Made by a program: the position numbers and the translations under genes. This document shows, piece by piece, positions 18,129-27,283 of a stretch of 63,194 bases of DNA. The stretch's first letter is position 1, and each line of letters starts with the position of its first letter. The notes beneath the pieces were generated by a model. That model saw only the letters and a list, made by a program, of their open reading frames with translations, searched no databases and was not told the DNA's origin. Source of the DNA: Candidatus Gastranaerophilales bacterium (GTDB lineage Bacteria > Cyanobacteriota > Vampirovibrionia > Gastranaerophilales > Gastranaerophilaceae); the NCBI GenBank assembly GCA_944323275.1, contig CALUSA010000001.1, positions 1 through 63,194 on the forward strand, in the 5' to 3' direction.

Positions 18129-19808
18129 ATGCTAGAGCAAAAACACACAGGTAGCATAGAAGATACCGATACCACGAAGGATAAAGAGAAAAAACAGAAT
18201 GTGTTAAATACGCTTGAAAAAGCGAGAATTTACCACGAAAAATATTTGTTAAGAAGCAACAGCTCTGACTTAGAAAATGCTGTGCATTATTATATACAGG
18301 CGATAAAGCTTAACCCCCGCATACCGGAAACTTACTATCGTCTGGCAAGTCTTATGTTTGAAAACGGACAAATATCACTGGATTCTGCTATTGAACAGTG
18401 CAGAATTGCAATAAACATTGCGCCGGATAACCCTAATGCACATCTTTATACCGGTTACTTTTTGAAACTTGCGCACGATTTTGAAGAAGCAGAAAAAGAA
18501 TTTAAAGACGCAATAAATATCAGCCCAATTAACTCTGCACGCCCCAGACTGATTTTAGCCGCAATGCTGTATGAAAAAATCAACAATGTTAAACCGTCTT
18601 TTGTTGATTTCATAAGGATGGTTTATTATGCATGCTCCGGCTGTCTGACGGTATTATGGGATTTGCCGTCCTTAAGAATGCTTTATAAAAACGTAACTGA
18701 CGATGCACTTGTTTTTATATACAAAACCTACGGAAGCTTTTTAGAAAGAATTAAAAACAGCTCTCTTGCTGTCGCCACTTACGATTCTGCTGCCATTAAC
18801 ACAGGGCGTGATGAATATTTTTACAATAAAATCGGCGATATTTGCATTAAAGAGCATGCTCCGGAGATTGCACTCGATGCGTACAGAAAAGTACTGGAGT
18901 CTAATCCATACGACCGTGATGCACTTGTAAAAATGGCAACTCTTGTACAGACACATTTCCCGCAAGAGTATGATGAAGCAATTGACTGCTATACAAAACT
19001 TTTGGAAATTGAGCCTGAAAATGACAAAATTTATTATGAACTCGGGCATTTATATCTGCAAAAAAATGAAAGCCTTCCTGCTGTGAATGCATTCTCTCTT
19101 GCACTTGAAAGAGATGATAATAATCCGTTTTATCACAACAGCATGGCATTTGCGCTTGTTCAGCTTGAACAATACGATGACGCAATAGAACACTATCAAA
19201 CAGCTATAAACATTAACCCAGACCCGTACTGGACATCTATTGTGTGCCAGGCACTCGGCTCTGTTTATCTTGAAATTAAAAACAATCCTGATGCTGCCAT
19301 TGTTCTGTATCAAACAGCTGCAGTTTTAAATCCTGAATCAGAAGAAAGTCATCTGGCAATCGGAGATGTCTATTTTTCCGTAGATGATTTTGACAATGCA
19401 ATAAAAGCTTATTGCGACGCAATAAAAATCAATCCGGACAACGCAAAATCTTATTGCAAATGCGGTATGGCATTGTGGGAAAGAGATTACATAGAAGAAG
19501 CCATTGTTGCATACAACAAAGCGATTGCCCTCAACCCCGAGTACTCTATTGCTTATAACAATCTTGGTGTAATTTACCTCGATGACATCGGTAACATTAA
19601 TGAAGCCATAAGACTTTTTGATAAAGCTGTAGAAGGTAATAAAGCGTACGCACTGGCTTATTTTAACCTCGGGCGTGCTTATGCAATTCTCAAAGAAAAT
19701 ACTGTTGCTGCTAAATATTTCCAAAAAGCACTGGATTACAATATTTTGACACAGGAATTAGATGAAGAAGATATACGCTACAGGCTGCACAAACTCTTTG
19801 AAGTGTAA
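18129..19808 (+). CDS. Tetratricopeptide-repeat protein
   Basis: Repeated A..Y..AI.lnP.n..ay.nlG 34-aa units throughout. Confidence 0.85.
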   Translation: MLEQKHTGSIEDTDTTKDKEKKQNVLNTLEKARIYHEKYLLRSNSSDLENAVHYYIQAIKLNPRIPETYYRLASLMFENGQISLDSAIEQCRIAINIAPDNPNAHLYTGYFLKLAHDFEEAEKEFKDAINISPINSARPRLILAAMLYEKINNVKPSFVDFIRMVYYACSGCLTVLWDLPSLRMLYKNVTDDALVFIYKTYGSFLERIKNSSLAVATYDSAAINTGRDEYFYNKIGDICIKEHAPEIALDAYRKVLESNPYDRDALVKMATLVQTHFPQEYDEAIDCYTKLLEIEPENDKIYYELGHLYLQKNESLPAVNAFSLALERDDNNPFYHNSMAFALVQLEQYDDAIEHYQTAININPDPYWTSIVCQALGSVYLEIKNNPDAAIVLYQTAAVLNPESEESHLAIGDVYFSVDDFDNAIKAYCDAIKINPDNAKSYCKCGMALWERDYIEEAIVAYNKAIALNPEYSIAYNNLGVIYLDDIGNINEAIRLFDKAVEGNKAYALAYFNLGRAYAILKENTVAAKYFQKALDYNILTQELDEEDIRYRLHKLFEV

Positions 19809-19965
19809 TGCTTCTGTGCTTAATGCGGTCTAATTACAGCAATCGACTTATCATCGTAAAATTTTAGAATTGTTAACTTTTTGTAACAATATAAAAGTAT
19901 ATACGCAATTTTTTAAAAGTATATACCTTTATATATATAAGAGATATACAAAAGGAGATTCTAAA

Positions 19966-20244
19966 ATGTCAATCAATCCGGCAGGAAATACAAATAACAA
20001 CAGAGGCGGTAACGGACAATTCAGACCCCTTTTGAGAAAAGCTCAGCAGGAAAACAAACTTCAGGCAAGTCTTGCTGTACTCGATAAAAAAGATATCAGA
20101 ATGAGATTTAAAAACTCAAGAGATCCTCTTTATATAGCATTTGATTATATTGACAAAAGACCTGTAAAAGAATTAGCAGTAGCTTTTGTTAAAGATACAA
20201 TTTTTGACGTAATGAGCTTCGTATCAGGCGGAACATTAGCCTAA
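19966..20244 (+). CDS. Small hypothetical protein (92 aa)
   Basis: AAAGGAG RBS directly upstream of the ATG at 19966. Strong terminator downstream. No recognisable domain. The track start at 19870 is probably an over-extension. Confidence 0.5.
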   Translation: MSINPAGNTNNNRGGNGQFRPLLRKAQQENKLQASLAVLDKKDIRMRFKNSRDPLYIAFDYIDKRPVKELAVAFVKDTIFDVMSFVSGGTLA

Positions 20245-20260
20245 TACATTAATAACAAAA

Positions 20261-20291
20261 AAGGTAAACCCGAAAGAGTTTACCTTTTTTA
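20261..20291. terminator. Hairpin terminator between convergent genes
   Basis: AAGGTAAAC-CCGAAAGA-GTTTACCTT flanked by an A-run and a T-run, so it is potentially bidirectional. Confidence 0.7.
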
Positions 20292-20309
20292 TTGTTTATT
20301 AATTTTAAA

Positions 20310-20750
20310 TTACTTAGCAGCATTGAGTGTTTTTATAATGCTGTCAGAAATATCTACTGCGCCGTATAAAGCATTATTACTTGTCAAAATCAAAGCATAA
20401 GTTCCTTTTTTGCCTTCTGCTTCTATAGCTTTTCTTACATCACTTTCTATAGATTGCAAAGCTGAAATTTTATCTTTCTGGAGTTTATCCATTTTAGTTT
20501 TAAGTTCTTTAGCATACTTATCTTCAAGTTTTTTTCTTTCTTCATCAGTAGTTGCTGCTACAACTTTTTTCTGTGCTTCTACAATATACACACGGATATC
20601 AGCATCACGCTGCTGGAAGGTTTTATTAATTACTTCTGTTTTTTTATAACCTTTTAAAACTTTATCAATATCAACTGATGCATATTTATCAGCAGCAAAA
20701 ACAGGCGAACACATTGCAAGTAAAGCAAGTAAAGTAAGTAATTTTTTCAT
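20310..20750 (-). CDS. OmpH/Skp-family periplasmic chaperone
   Basis: Signal peptide (LLALLAMCSPVFA), then VDIDKVLKGYKKT and a long Lys/Glu-rich coiled region. ~146 aa. Confidence 0.75.
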   Translation of the reverse strand: MKKLLTLLALLAMCSPVFAADKYASVDIDKVLKGYKKTEVINKTFQQRDADIRVYIVEAQKKVVAATTDEERKKLEDKYAKELKTKMDKLQKDKISALQSIESDVRKAIEAEGKKGTYALILTSNNALYGAVDISDSIIKTLNAAK

Positions 20751-20851
20751 TAAACTCTCTCTTTTCTTTTTAATGTAAACTGGTTTGTTATGTCTAATAG
20801 ATTAACATATTATGCCGATTTAGTAAATACAAATTGGAACAAACTACAATA

Positions 20852-21409
20852 TTACTTACAATTTGTATAATTTATCGTGGTTTTGCTGTTTTGTGTATCA
20901 ATAATCATATTATCAATGACTTTTTGTCCTTTTATACTGATAAGCTTCAACGCCGCTGCCGCTTTACTGTCATTTTTAGGTTTTAAAGCCAGTTCCCACC
21001 TGTTATTTTTTTCATCAAAGTAATAAATATCAAAATTCTTTTCAAGATAAGTATAATTTTTGTTAGCAAGGGCTTTAACAATTGAGCTTACGTGTTTGTT
21101 TTGTTCCGTTGTATATGAAGCAACTGATTTAACCGGATAAGTAGTTTCAAAAGTCACGCCTTTATCTTTTTCAAATTTAAAATTACCGCCTGATTTTAGT
21201 ATAACCTCACCCGCTGAAGAATTTTTTACTGCTTTTTCCTGTGTAAAACGACATGCGGTGTCAGAAAATTCAGGTAAATTTTGAGCAGCCAGCTTTGCAC
21301 TGATTTTATGGTTAAAAATACTGTCAGCCTTTGCGCTTTGCAAAAACAAAGAACTGAAACAAATTAAAATTGTCAATAATAATATTCTGTTAACTTTCAT
21401 AAGTTTCAA
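20852..21409 (-). CDS. LolA-like periplasmic lipid/lipoprotein carrier domain protein
   Basis: Signal peptide, then F.Q.K....SG.F.F pattern (CRFTQEKAVKNSSAGEVILKSGGNFKFEKDKGVTFETTYP). Overlaps the upstream thioesterase gene by 20 nt. Confidence 0.6.
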   Translation of the reverse strand: MKLMKVNRILLLTILICFSSLFLQSAKADSIFNHKISAKLAAQNLPEFSDTACRFTQEKAVKNSSAGEVILKSGGNFKFEKDKGVTFETTYPVKSVASYTTEQNKHVSSIVKALANKNYTYLEKNFDIYYFDEKNNRWELALKPKNDSKAAAALKLISIKGQKVIDNMIIDTQNSKTTINYTNCK

Positions 21410-21806
21410 CCTTCTCTTTTAAAACAGCAACAGGAGTATATACTGTTTTTCTTGAGGATATTTCTACACAAATTTGCATTGTTTTGGCACAAAATAGTTT
21501 TTCTCCCGTACTTTCATCTAAAATAGTATATTTAAAATTCAAAGAAGGTTCCAGGGCTTCAAGCTCTGTTTTAACTACAAGATTTTGTCCGAATACGCAC
21601 GGGGTAATATATTTCATCTCCATTTTTGCAACAGGATAAGCATATCCAGCATTTTTAATATCATCATAGGTACAGCCGATTTTTTCCAAAAAGTCACATC
21701 TTGCAGCTTCCATATATTTAACATAATTTCCATGCCAGACAACATTCATCGGATCAAGGTCATAAAATTCCACCTTTGTCTTATATTGTGTTTCAATCTT
21801 TTTCAT
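21390..21806 (-). CDS. 4HBT/YbgC-type hotdog acyl-(CoA/ACP) thioesterase
   Basis: YDLDPMNVVWHGNYVKYMEAAR is the classic 4HBT catalytic-Asp N-terminal block. 138 aa. Confidence 0.8.
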   Translation of the reverse strand: MKKIETQYKTKVEFYDLDPMNVVWHGNYVKYMEAARCDFLEKIGCTYDDIKNAGYAYPVAKMEMKYITPCVFGQNLVVKTELEALEPSLNFKYTILDESTGEKLFCAKTMQICVEISSRKTVYTPVAVLKEKVETYES

Positions 21807-23433
21807 TTAACGTCATAACTCCGCTGGAACAAACTTGTTCATCTCTTTTATACATATAATTAATCAAATTATTCTTTCTTTCAAATACAAGTTTCAAATT
21901 TTCTTCCGGTTTTATAATTTTAGAAAATTTTATTTTTTTTACACAATTGTTCAAAACACTGTCACCAAAAGCATCAACTGCAAAAAAATGAGCAAAATAC
22001 AACTGTACAACCCCAGGCAAAACAGGAAAAGAGTTAAAATGCCCTGTAAAAAAATTGCAGCTTGAAGGAAAAATCAATTCAAACACAGCATTATTAGAAT
22101 CTTTTTGAGCAGAAAAAACAAACGGCATTGAAACATTTGTTGCAAAAATTTTTTCTATCTTTAACCTGTCGATTTTACCTGTTTTGGTTTTTGGAAGTTC
22201 ATATAAAAATTTCCATTTCTGAGGCACAATCTCAGTTTTACCTTTTAGAGAATTTTTTAAAAATGAGGTCAACACAGCTATAGAGTGTCCGTTTTTAGCA
22301 AAGTAATTCCTGCCATTATCAGTCAAAACCGCCGAGCAAGCCAATTTTTCACGAAATTTAAAACAATAACAGTCCTGAACAAAATCAGTAAATACCTGCA
22401 TAATCGTATTTTCAACCTCAGGTGCGGAAACCCGTTTTTCCTGAATTTTAAAAACTCTGTCGGCTCTGCCGTTAAGCCGAAAGTGTTTTGGCGATTCAAT
22501 CATTGCAGTATCACCAAGGGTAATAGTTTCCGTCAGAAAATACGGCGATGATACGACAAGACACAAATTATCATCGATATTAGTTTTTACACTGTCTAAA
22601 CAGGTTAAAAATTTGTCCGCACTATGCAACCTGTAAGCAACAGTACTCGTTTCCGTACTGCCGTATATATCTACTACAATACTGTATTGCTCAAGATATT
22701 TAAAAACTTCATCAGCTAATCTGGCACCTGCACTAAATATAATCACAGGAGCACAGACATTTTTGACTTTATGTTTTTGAAACTTTTCAAGAAAAGACGG
22801 GGTAGATATAAAAACACTGTCTTTAAAATCAGCATCATCAGGATAACACACCTCAGTTGTATCTATAACAAATTTATTCAAATAACATAGAGGCAGCGCA
22901 AAATAAAAAGAAAATGCAAACATGTGCTGAGTAAGTGTAGAACTCAAAAATTTAAGCTGTTTTCCGGCAAATTCCTGCGTATTAAAAAATGTATCATATA
23001 CATCATTTACTTCTGTCAGGATATTTGTTAAAGATTTTGTAACTGTTTTAGGAATTGCAGTAGAGCCTGAGGTGTAAAAATTAATAAATACTTTGTCCGG
23101 CACTATTTTTAAAAATTCACACTGTGAGTTTGTTTGTGCATAATCAACGTGCTTGTCTACAACGATATAATCAAAATCAAGATATTGCAGTTTTGAAGCA
23201 TCTGTAAGCAAAAATATTTTTTTATCTGCAAAAATACAGGCAAAAAACCAGATGGCAAAATCCAGTACGCTGCTGCTTAAAATAACAACTCTCTCACTGT
23301 TTTGAGTATTTAAAAAGCCTGCTCCGTCAGCCACAAATTTTTTAAAATCCTTTAAAGTAATATTTTTTCCGTTGTGCTTAAACAGGCATGTATCATCATA
23401 TTTTTGTGTATGAAAATTTTCAAATAAGTTCAT
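21793..23433 (-). CDS. Adenylate-forming (acyl/aryl-AMP ligase) enzyme fused to a C-terminal FabA/FabZ-like hotdog dehydratase
   Basis: Adenylation motifs YTSGSTAIPK, YGSTETS and LPKTKTGKIDR. The C-terminal ~120 aa carry GHFNSFPVLPGVVQL, a dehydratase His motif. Confidence 0.75.
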   Translation of the reverse strand: MNLFENFHTQKYDDTCLFKHNGKNITLKDFKKFVADGAGFLNTQNSERVVILSSSVLDFAIWFFACIFADKKIFLLTDASKLQYLDFDYIVVDKHVDYAQTNSQCEFLKIVPDKVFINFYTSGSTAIPKTVTKSLTNILTEVNDVYDTFFNTQEFAGKQLKFLSSTLTQHMFAFSFYFALPLCYLNKFVIDTTEVCYPDDADFKDSVFISTPSFLEKFQKHKVKNVCAPVIIFSAGARLADEVFKYLEQYSIVVDIYGSTETSTVAYRLHSADKFLTCLDSVKTNIDDNLCLVVSSPYFLTETITLGDTAMIESPKHFRLNGRADRVFKIQEKRVSAPEVENTIMQVFTDFVQDCYCFKFREKLACSAVLTDNGRNYFAKNGHSIAVLTSFLKNSLKGKTEIVPQKWKFLYELPKTKTGKIDRLKIEKIFATNVSMPFVFSAQKDSNNAVFELIFPSSCNFFTGHFNSFPVLPGVVQLYFAHFFAVDAFGDSVLNNCVKKIKFSKIIKPEENLKLVFERKNNLINYMYKRDEQVCSSGVMTLNEKD

Positions 23434-23864
23434 TACAAATTATGTTTCTTTTTAAAACTGATTCTAAAAATATATTCTATCGCAAAAAATATACCCAGTA
23501 AAACATAAGAAATACAACCGTTAAAAAGCATCCATACTTTATCAGACATAAAAAGCGTGGCTAAAGATGCAAAAAACTGCAACAGCAGGTAAATGCACCA
23601 TATATAAGTTAAATTTTTGGTATAAACTTTTATTTTAGGATGCAATTCTGCACCGCCTTCTGAAATACGTGCAAATTTTTGTATAATTGTTTCTTTATCA
23701 AATAGCGAAGAAAAAAACACAAGAAAAAAACAAAAATTAACTACAACCGGATACAGCTTCAAACCTCTTAAACCGGTAAAATAAAATATTGCAATGATAA
23801 AAAACGTAAACAGCGTAGAAAATACAAACCCGAATTTTTGAAGGAAAATACTTAGTTTTTTCAT
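23433..23864 (-). CDS. Small polytopic membrane protein (about 4 TM segments)
   Basis: Hydrophobic segments throughout. Start and stop are fused to neighbouring genes (shared nucleotides at 23433 and 23864). Confidence 0.6.
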   Translation of the reverse strand: MKKLSIFLQKFGFVFSTLFTFFIIAIFYFTGLRGLKLYPVVVNFCFFLVFFSSLFDKETIIQKFARISEGGAELHPKIKVYTKNLTYIWCIYLLLQFFASLATLFMSDKVWMLFNGCISYVLLGIFFAIEYIFRISFKKKHNL

Positions 23865-24118
23865 TATTCTTCAATAATCTTTTCAACGGCATCTACAACA
23901 TCGTTAACAGTTCTGATTTCTTTAAAATTATCAGGTGAGATTTTTTTATTTGTATATTCTTGAAGTCTTACTGCAAGGTCAACAGCATCAATACTGTCAA
24001 ACTCTAAATCATCAAAAAGATTTGCATCACCGGTAACTCTGTCAGCTTTGATTTCAAAGTCATTGACAAGAATATCCTTTAAAACATTATAGATTTCATC
24101 TCTAGTATATTCTGCCAT
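23864..24118 (-). CDS. Acyl carrier protein
   Basis: 84 aa, LEFDSIDAVDL phosphopantetheine-Ser motif. Confidence 0.85.
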   Translation of the reverse strand: MAEYTRDEIYNVLKDILVNDFEIKADRVTGDANLFDDLEFDSIDAVDLAVRLQEYTNKKISPDNFKEIRTVNDVVDAVEKIIEE

Positions 24119-24129
24119 ATTATTCTACC

Positions 24130-24399
24130 TTATGCCTGATGCTCTCTGATAAAATCAGCAAGAGTTTTAATCGAATAAAAATACTGTTTGTTTTCTTCTT
24201 TATCGCTGCCAAGAGAAAGTTTGTACTTTTTCTTTAATGCCATACCAAGCTCAAGAGCATCAATAGAATCCAACCCTAGCCCGCCTTCAAAAAGAGGTGC
24301 GTCTGTATCTATATCAGAAGGTTGTATATCCTCCAGCTCTAATGCCTCGACTATAAATGTTTTTAACTCGTCTTCCAGACTTAAATGTTCTTTATCCAT
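24130..24399 (-). CDS. Acyl carrier protein
   Basis: 89 aa, GLDSIDALELGMAL phosphopantetheine-Ser motif. First gene of the operon. Confidence 0.85.
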   Translation of the reverse strand: MDKEHLSLEDELKTFIVEALELEDIQPSDIDTDAPLFEGGLGLDSIDALELGMALKKKYKLSLGSDKEENKQYFYSIKTLADFIREHQA

Positions 24400-24744
24400 A
24401 TAGCTATTATGGACTAAGTAAAAAACAAAGTCAATTAATTAATAACAAAGCTGTAAACATCGAAATTTCCCAATTTTAATAAATCATTTATACTGTTAAA
24501 TGTTCAAAAATTAACAAAAAAAATTAAAATTCTAAAAATTGTAAAATATTTTTTGAGTTTTACAAAATAATTTTTGTTTGTGTTAATATAAACTCTGCTG
24601 AATATTTTACTGCACTCAGTATTAAATTTTGTAAAATTCTGTCTTTCATAATCGGGAGATGTAACAAAATTTTATTTTTAGGGATTTTACAGCTTATAAA
24701 GACTGCATAAAAAAATAAGAGAAAGTATATATAAAGGAAATTTT

Positions 24745-27138
24745 ATGGCATCAATTAATCAAGTATCGCCTGTCAATTCAGGCTCTCAACGCTCCGGAAT
24801 TACAAAATTACACAATACTAAAAACAATTATGTAAAATTAAACGCTGAAAACCCGCAGCTTTTGCAAAATTTTCTTGATTTAATAGCTCATAATAATAAA
24901 TCCGTAATATCCTTCGGTTATGCCCCCACAAAACACGGTACAGATAACAAACAGTTTGTACCTTATATTCCTATGACCCAATGGCTTGTAAAACCGTACG
25001 GTCAGGATTTTGACGTAAATACTTTTGCACCGACATTATCAGACTATGCAAAAAACAAAATTTTAAATGAAGCCTCCTCCAGAATAAACGGTACACGCCC
25101 CTGGCCCAAAATAGACAATATTAATGCCTGGATGGTGACTGCAGAAACTGATGAATTCAAATCAGACGGAGGTTTAGGTAAAGTTGCGGCTGATTTGCCA
25201 AACAGCTTTAACAAAAAATTCAACGACGATAAAAAAAATTATATGTCCGTAGTTACGCCTATGTACGTAAATAATAAAGAATACAAGCTTGAATACAATA
25301 CAAAAAAAGATAAATTCATCTATCACTACATAAAACAAGGCGAAAAACAAATTGATGTTGAATATAAAGGTAAAATCAACGTTCCTATATATGTAGGTGA
25401 ACCTCACAACACACGTCTTAAAGACATAGAAGTAAGAATTTTTACTACAGAGCTGCAATCAGATAAACCAAAACCGACCCCACACATCTTTTTGGAAATA
25501 CCTGAATACGGCGATGATGCTAACGGTCACTACACCACGTTTAACCAGTTTTTCAACATAACAGACCGTGACTTAAAAGCTACAAACAACAACACTCCAT
25601 ACGCAAACTCCGAATTTTCAGACCCGGTTTATCGAATGGCTTTCTTCTCTAAAAGCGTATATGAATTGATGAAAAGCATAAAAGAAGGTGATTTTAAAGG
25701 AATAGAAGCACCCAACGTAGTGTTGCTTAACGATTGGCATGCCGGTGCACTTGCCGCAATGATGCATTATACAGCTAACGCAGAAGCTGATACCGGTGCA
25801 ATTTCAAAAGAAACAGGCAGATATTTTGACGAAACTCCTACAATTTACATTGCTCATAACTGCGAACACCATGGCGCAACTGATGGTAACGACTATTGCA
25901 GAACAAACATCTTTGGTACCCTGTTCGGCGCATACGGTGCAGAAATTCTGCCTAATGCAAAAAGCTGGAACGAAGCGTTTACTGAAGACAAAAACGCACT
26001 TATGCACTATACAAACTTTGACTCGCTAAAAACAGGCATGTCGCTTGTTGACAGAGTTGTCCCTGTTTCTGAAAATTACTCGGAAGAACTTGTCAACTCA
26101 AATGTCAAAGCTAACGGACTTATGGATTTGTTAAAAGCACGCCACTACGGTCCGGGGCACACACTTACCCCTATTACAAACGGATACTCAAAATCCATAA
26201 TAATACCTAATAAGAAAAATCTGGACAAACTGGTTGAGTCTACCCAAAAAGATATGACTCTCAAAGATGTGAATGCACCTAAAATCGATTTTTCAGATTT
26301 TAAATTAAAACCTTACGACGGTGACTCTCTCGATGTCAAAATTAAAAACAAAAATGCGATTATGAACATATTTAAACAACTCATCGAAAGAGAAAAACAG
26401 CTCGGTTATGACGAAGACACAAAACCGACAAGAAAATACCTGATTTTTGAAGCAGACAGAACAGATATCAAAGAAAATGATTTTACTAACACTCCGGTCA
26501 TTGCATATTCCGGTCGTGTTGATTCACAAAAAGGACTGGATTCCATCTTCAAAGAAGCTATGTGGAAATTTGCAGAACACAACAAAAATACTCCAGAAGA
26601 AAAACTTCCTGTCTTTATTCTGGGCGGTAAAATCACTCAAAAAGCTGCTTATGATAAGTTAAAAGAGTTTAAATACTACATGACGGAATACTATCCGAAT
26701 ATTGGTAAGAGAATAATTCTGGTACACGATTTTCTTAATACAAATCTTGTTGCAACAGCTGCGGATATGTTCCTTGTTCCGTCAGTATTTGAGCCCTGCG
26801 GTTTAACCCAGCTTGAAGCAATGGCAAAAGGTGCCCTGCCTCTTGCAACTTCAACAGGCGGTCTTGTCGATACAATCAAAGACAATATAGACGGTTTCAG
26901 AACAAAAGCCTTCTATGATGAAGTCGGTGATAAAAAACTTCTTTACGGCGGCGGATATTCAAACAACTATGATGCTTTCTGTGAAGTTCTTGAAAGAGGG
27001 CTTGATACTTACTATAACAACCCTGAAAAATTCAGACAAATGCAAAAAGCAGCAATGGAAAATGACTTTAGCTGGAATAAAGAAGGCGGTGCAATAGACA
27101 AATATGTTAACCTTATAAAAACCGGACGCACTGCATAA
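24745..27138 (+). CDS. Oversized GT5-type alpha-glucan (glycogen/starch) synthase-like protein
   Basis: GGLGKVAADLP (KxGGL-type), LNDWHAG, RVDSQKGLD and EPCGLTQLEAMAKGALPLATSTGGLVDTI motifs. 797 aa, against ~480 aa for typical GlgA. Confidence 0.75.
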   Translation: MASINQVSPVNSGSQRSGITKLHNTKNNYVKLNAENPQLLQNFLDLIAHNNKSVISFGYAPTKHGTDNKQFVPYIPMTQWLVKPYGQDFDVNTFAPTLSDYAKNKILNEASSRINGTRPWPKIDNINAWMVTAETDEFKSDGGLGKVAADLPNSFNKKFNDDKKNYMSVVTPMYVNNKEYKLEYNTKKDKFIYHYIKQGEKQIDVEYKGKINVPIYVGEPHNTRLKDIEVRIFTTELQSDKPKPTPHIFLEIPEYGDDANGHYTTFNQFFNITDRDLKATNNNTPYANSEFSDPVYRMAFFSKSVYELMKSIKEGDFKGIEAPNVVLLNDWHAGALAAMMHYTANAEADTGAISKETGRYFDETPTIYIAHNCEHHGATDGNDYCRTNIFGTLFGAYGAEILPNAKSWNEAFTEDKNALMHYTNFDSLKTGMSLVDRVVPVSENYSEELVNSNVKANGLMDLLKARHYGPGHTLTPITNGYSKSIIIPNKKNLDKLVESTQKDMTLKDVNAPKIDFSDFKLKPYDGDSLDVKIKNKNAIMNIFKQLIEREKQLGYDEDTKPTRKYLIFEADRTDIKENDFTNTPVIAYSGRVDSQKGLDSIFKEAMWKFAEHNKNTPEEKLPVFILGGKITQKAAYDKLKEFKYYMTEYYPNIGKRIILVHDFLNTNLVATAADMFLVPSVFEPCGLTQLEAMAKGALPLATSTGGLVDTIKDNIDGFRTKAFYDEVGDKKLLYGGGYSNNYDAFCEVLERGLDTYYNNPEKFRQMQKAAMENDFSWNKEGGAIDKYVNLIKTGRTA

Positions 27139-27163
27139 AGCACAAATATTTAGACATTATGAC

Positions 27164-27202
27164 AAAACACGCCTGAATACTACTAACAGGCGTGTTTTAT
27201 TG
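27164..27202 (+). terminator. Rho-independent terminator
   Basis: AAAACACGCCTG-loop-CAGGCGTGTTTT, a 12-bp perfect stem with a T-run. Confidence 0.8.
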
Positions 27203-27283
27203 TTCGGTTAAAGAATCACACACAACTAAATGCTTACTATTTTTATTTTTGATATAATTGTGATTATTATACGGAGATTTATT

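Noticed and set aside
19966-20010. Similar polar N-termini on signal-less proteins: MSINPAGN.. (19966), MASINQVSPVNSG.. (24745), MSIVNLTRK.. (55016) and the Ser/Asn-rich start of the FtsH-like protein. I considered these as a possible shared non-classical (for example flagellar-type or FlgM-like) export signal.
   Set aside because: Only 3-4 residues are shared, the composition is low-complexity, and no secretion apparatus is in the window. This is not distinguishable from chance by eye.
27230-27283. Upstream-extended starts given by the ORF track for several genes (27230, 39549, 41162, 49208, 53097, 53962, 19870, 16182, 56369 and 9435).
   Set aside because: In each case an internal ATG is preceded by a clear Shine-Dalgarno sequence and/or begins a proper signal peptide or family N-terminus. 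The extensions are often non-ATG and hydrophobic or low-complexity, and they crowd the neighbouring gene.
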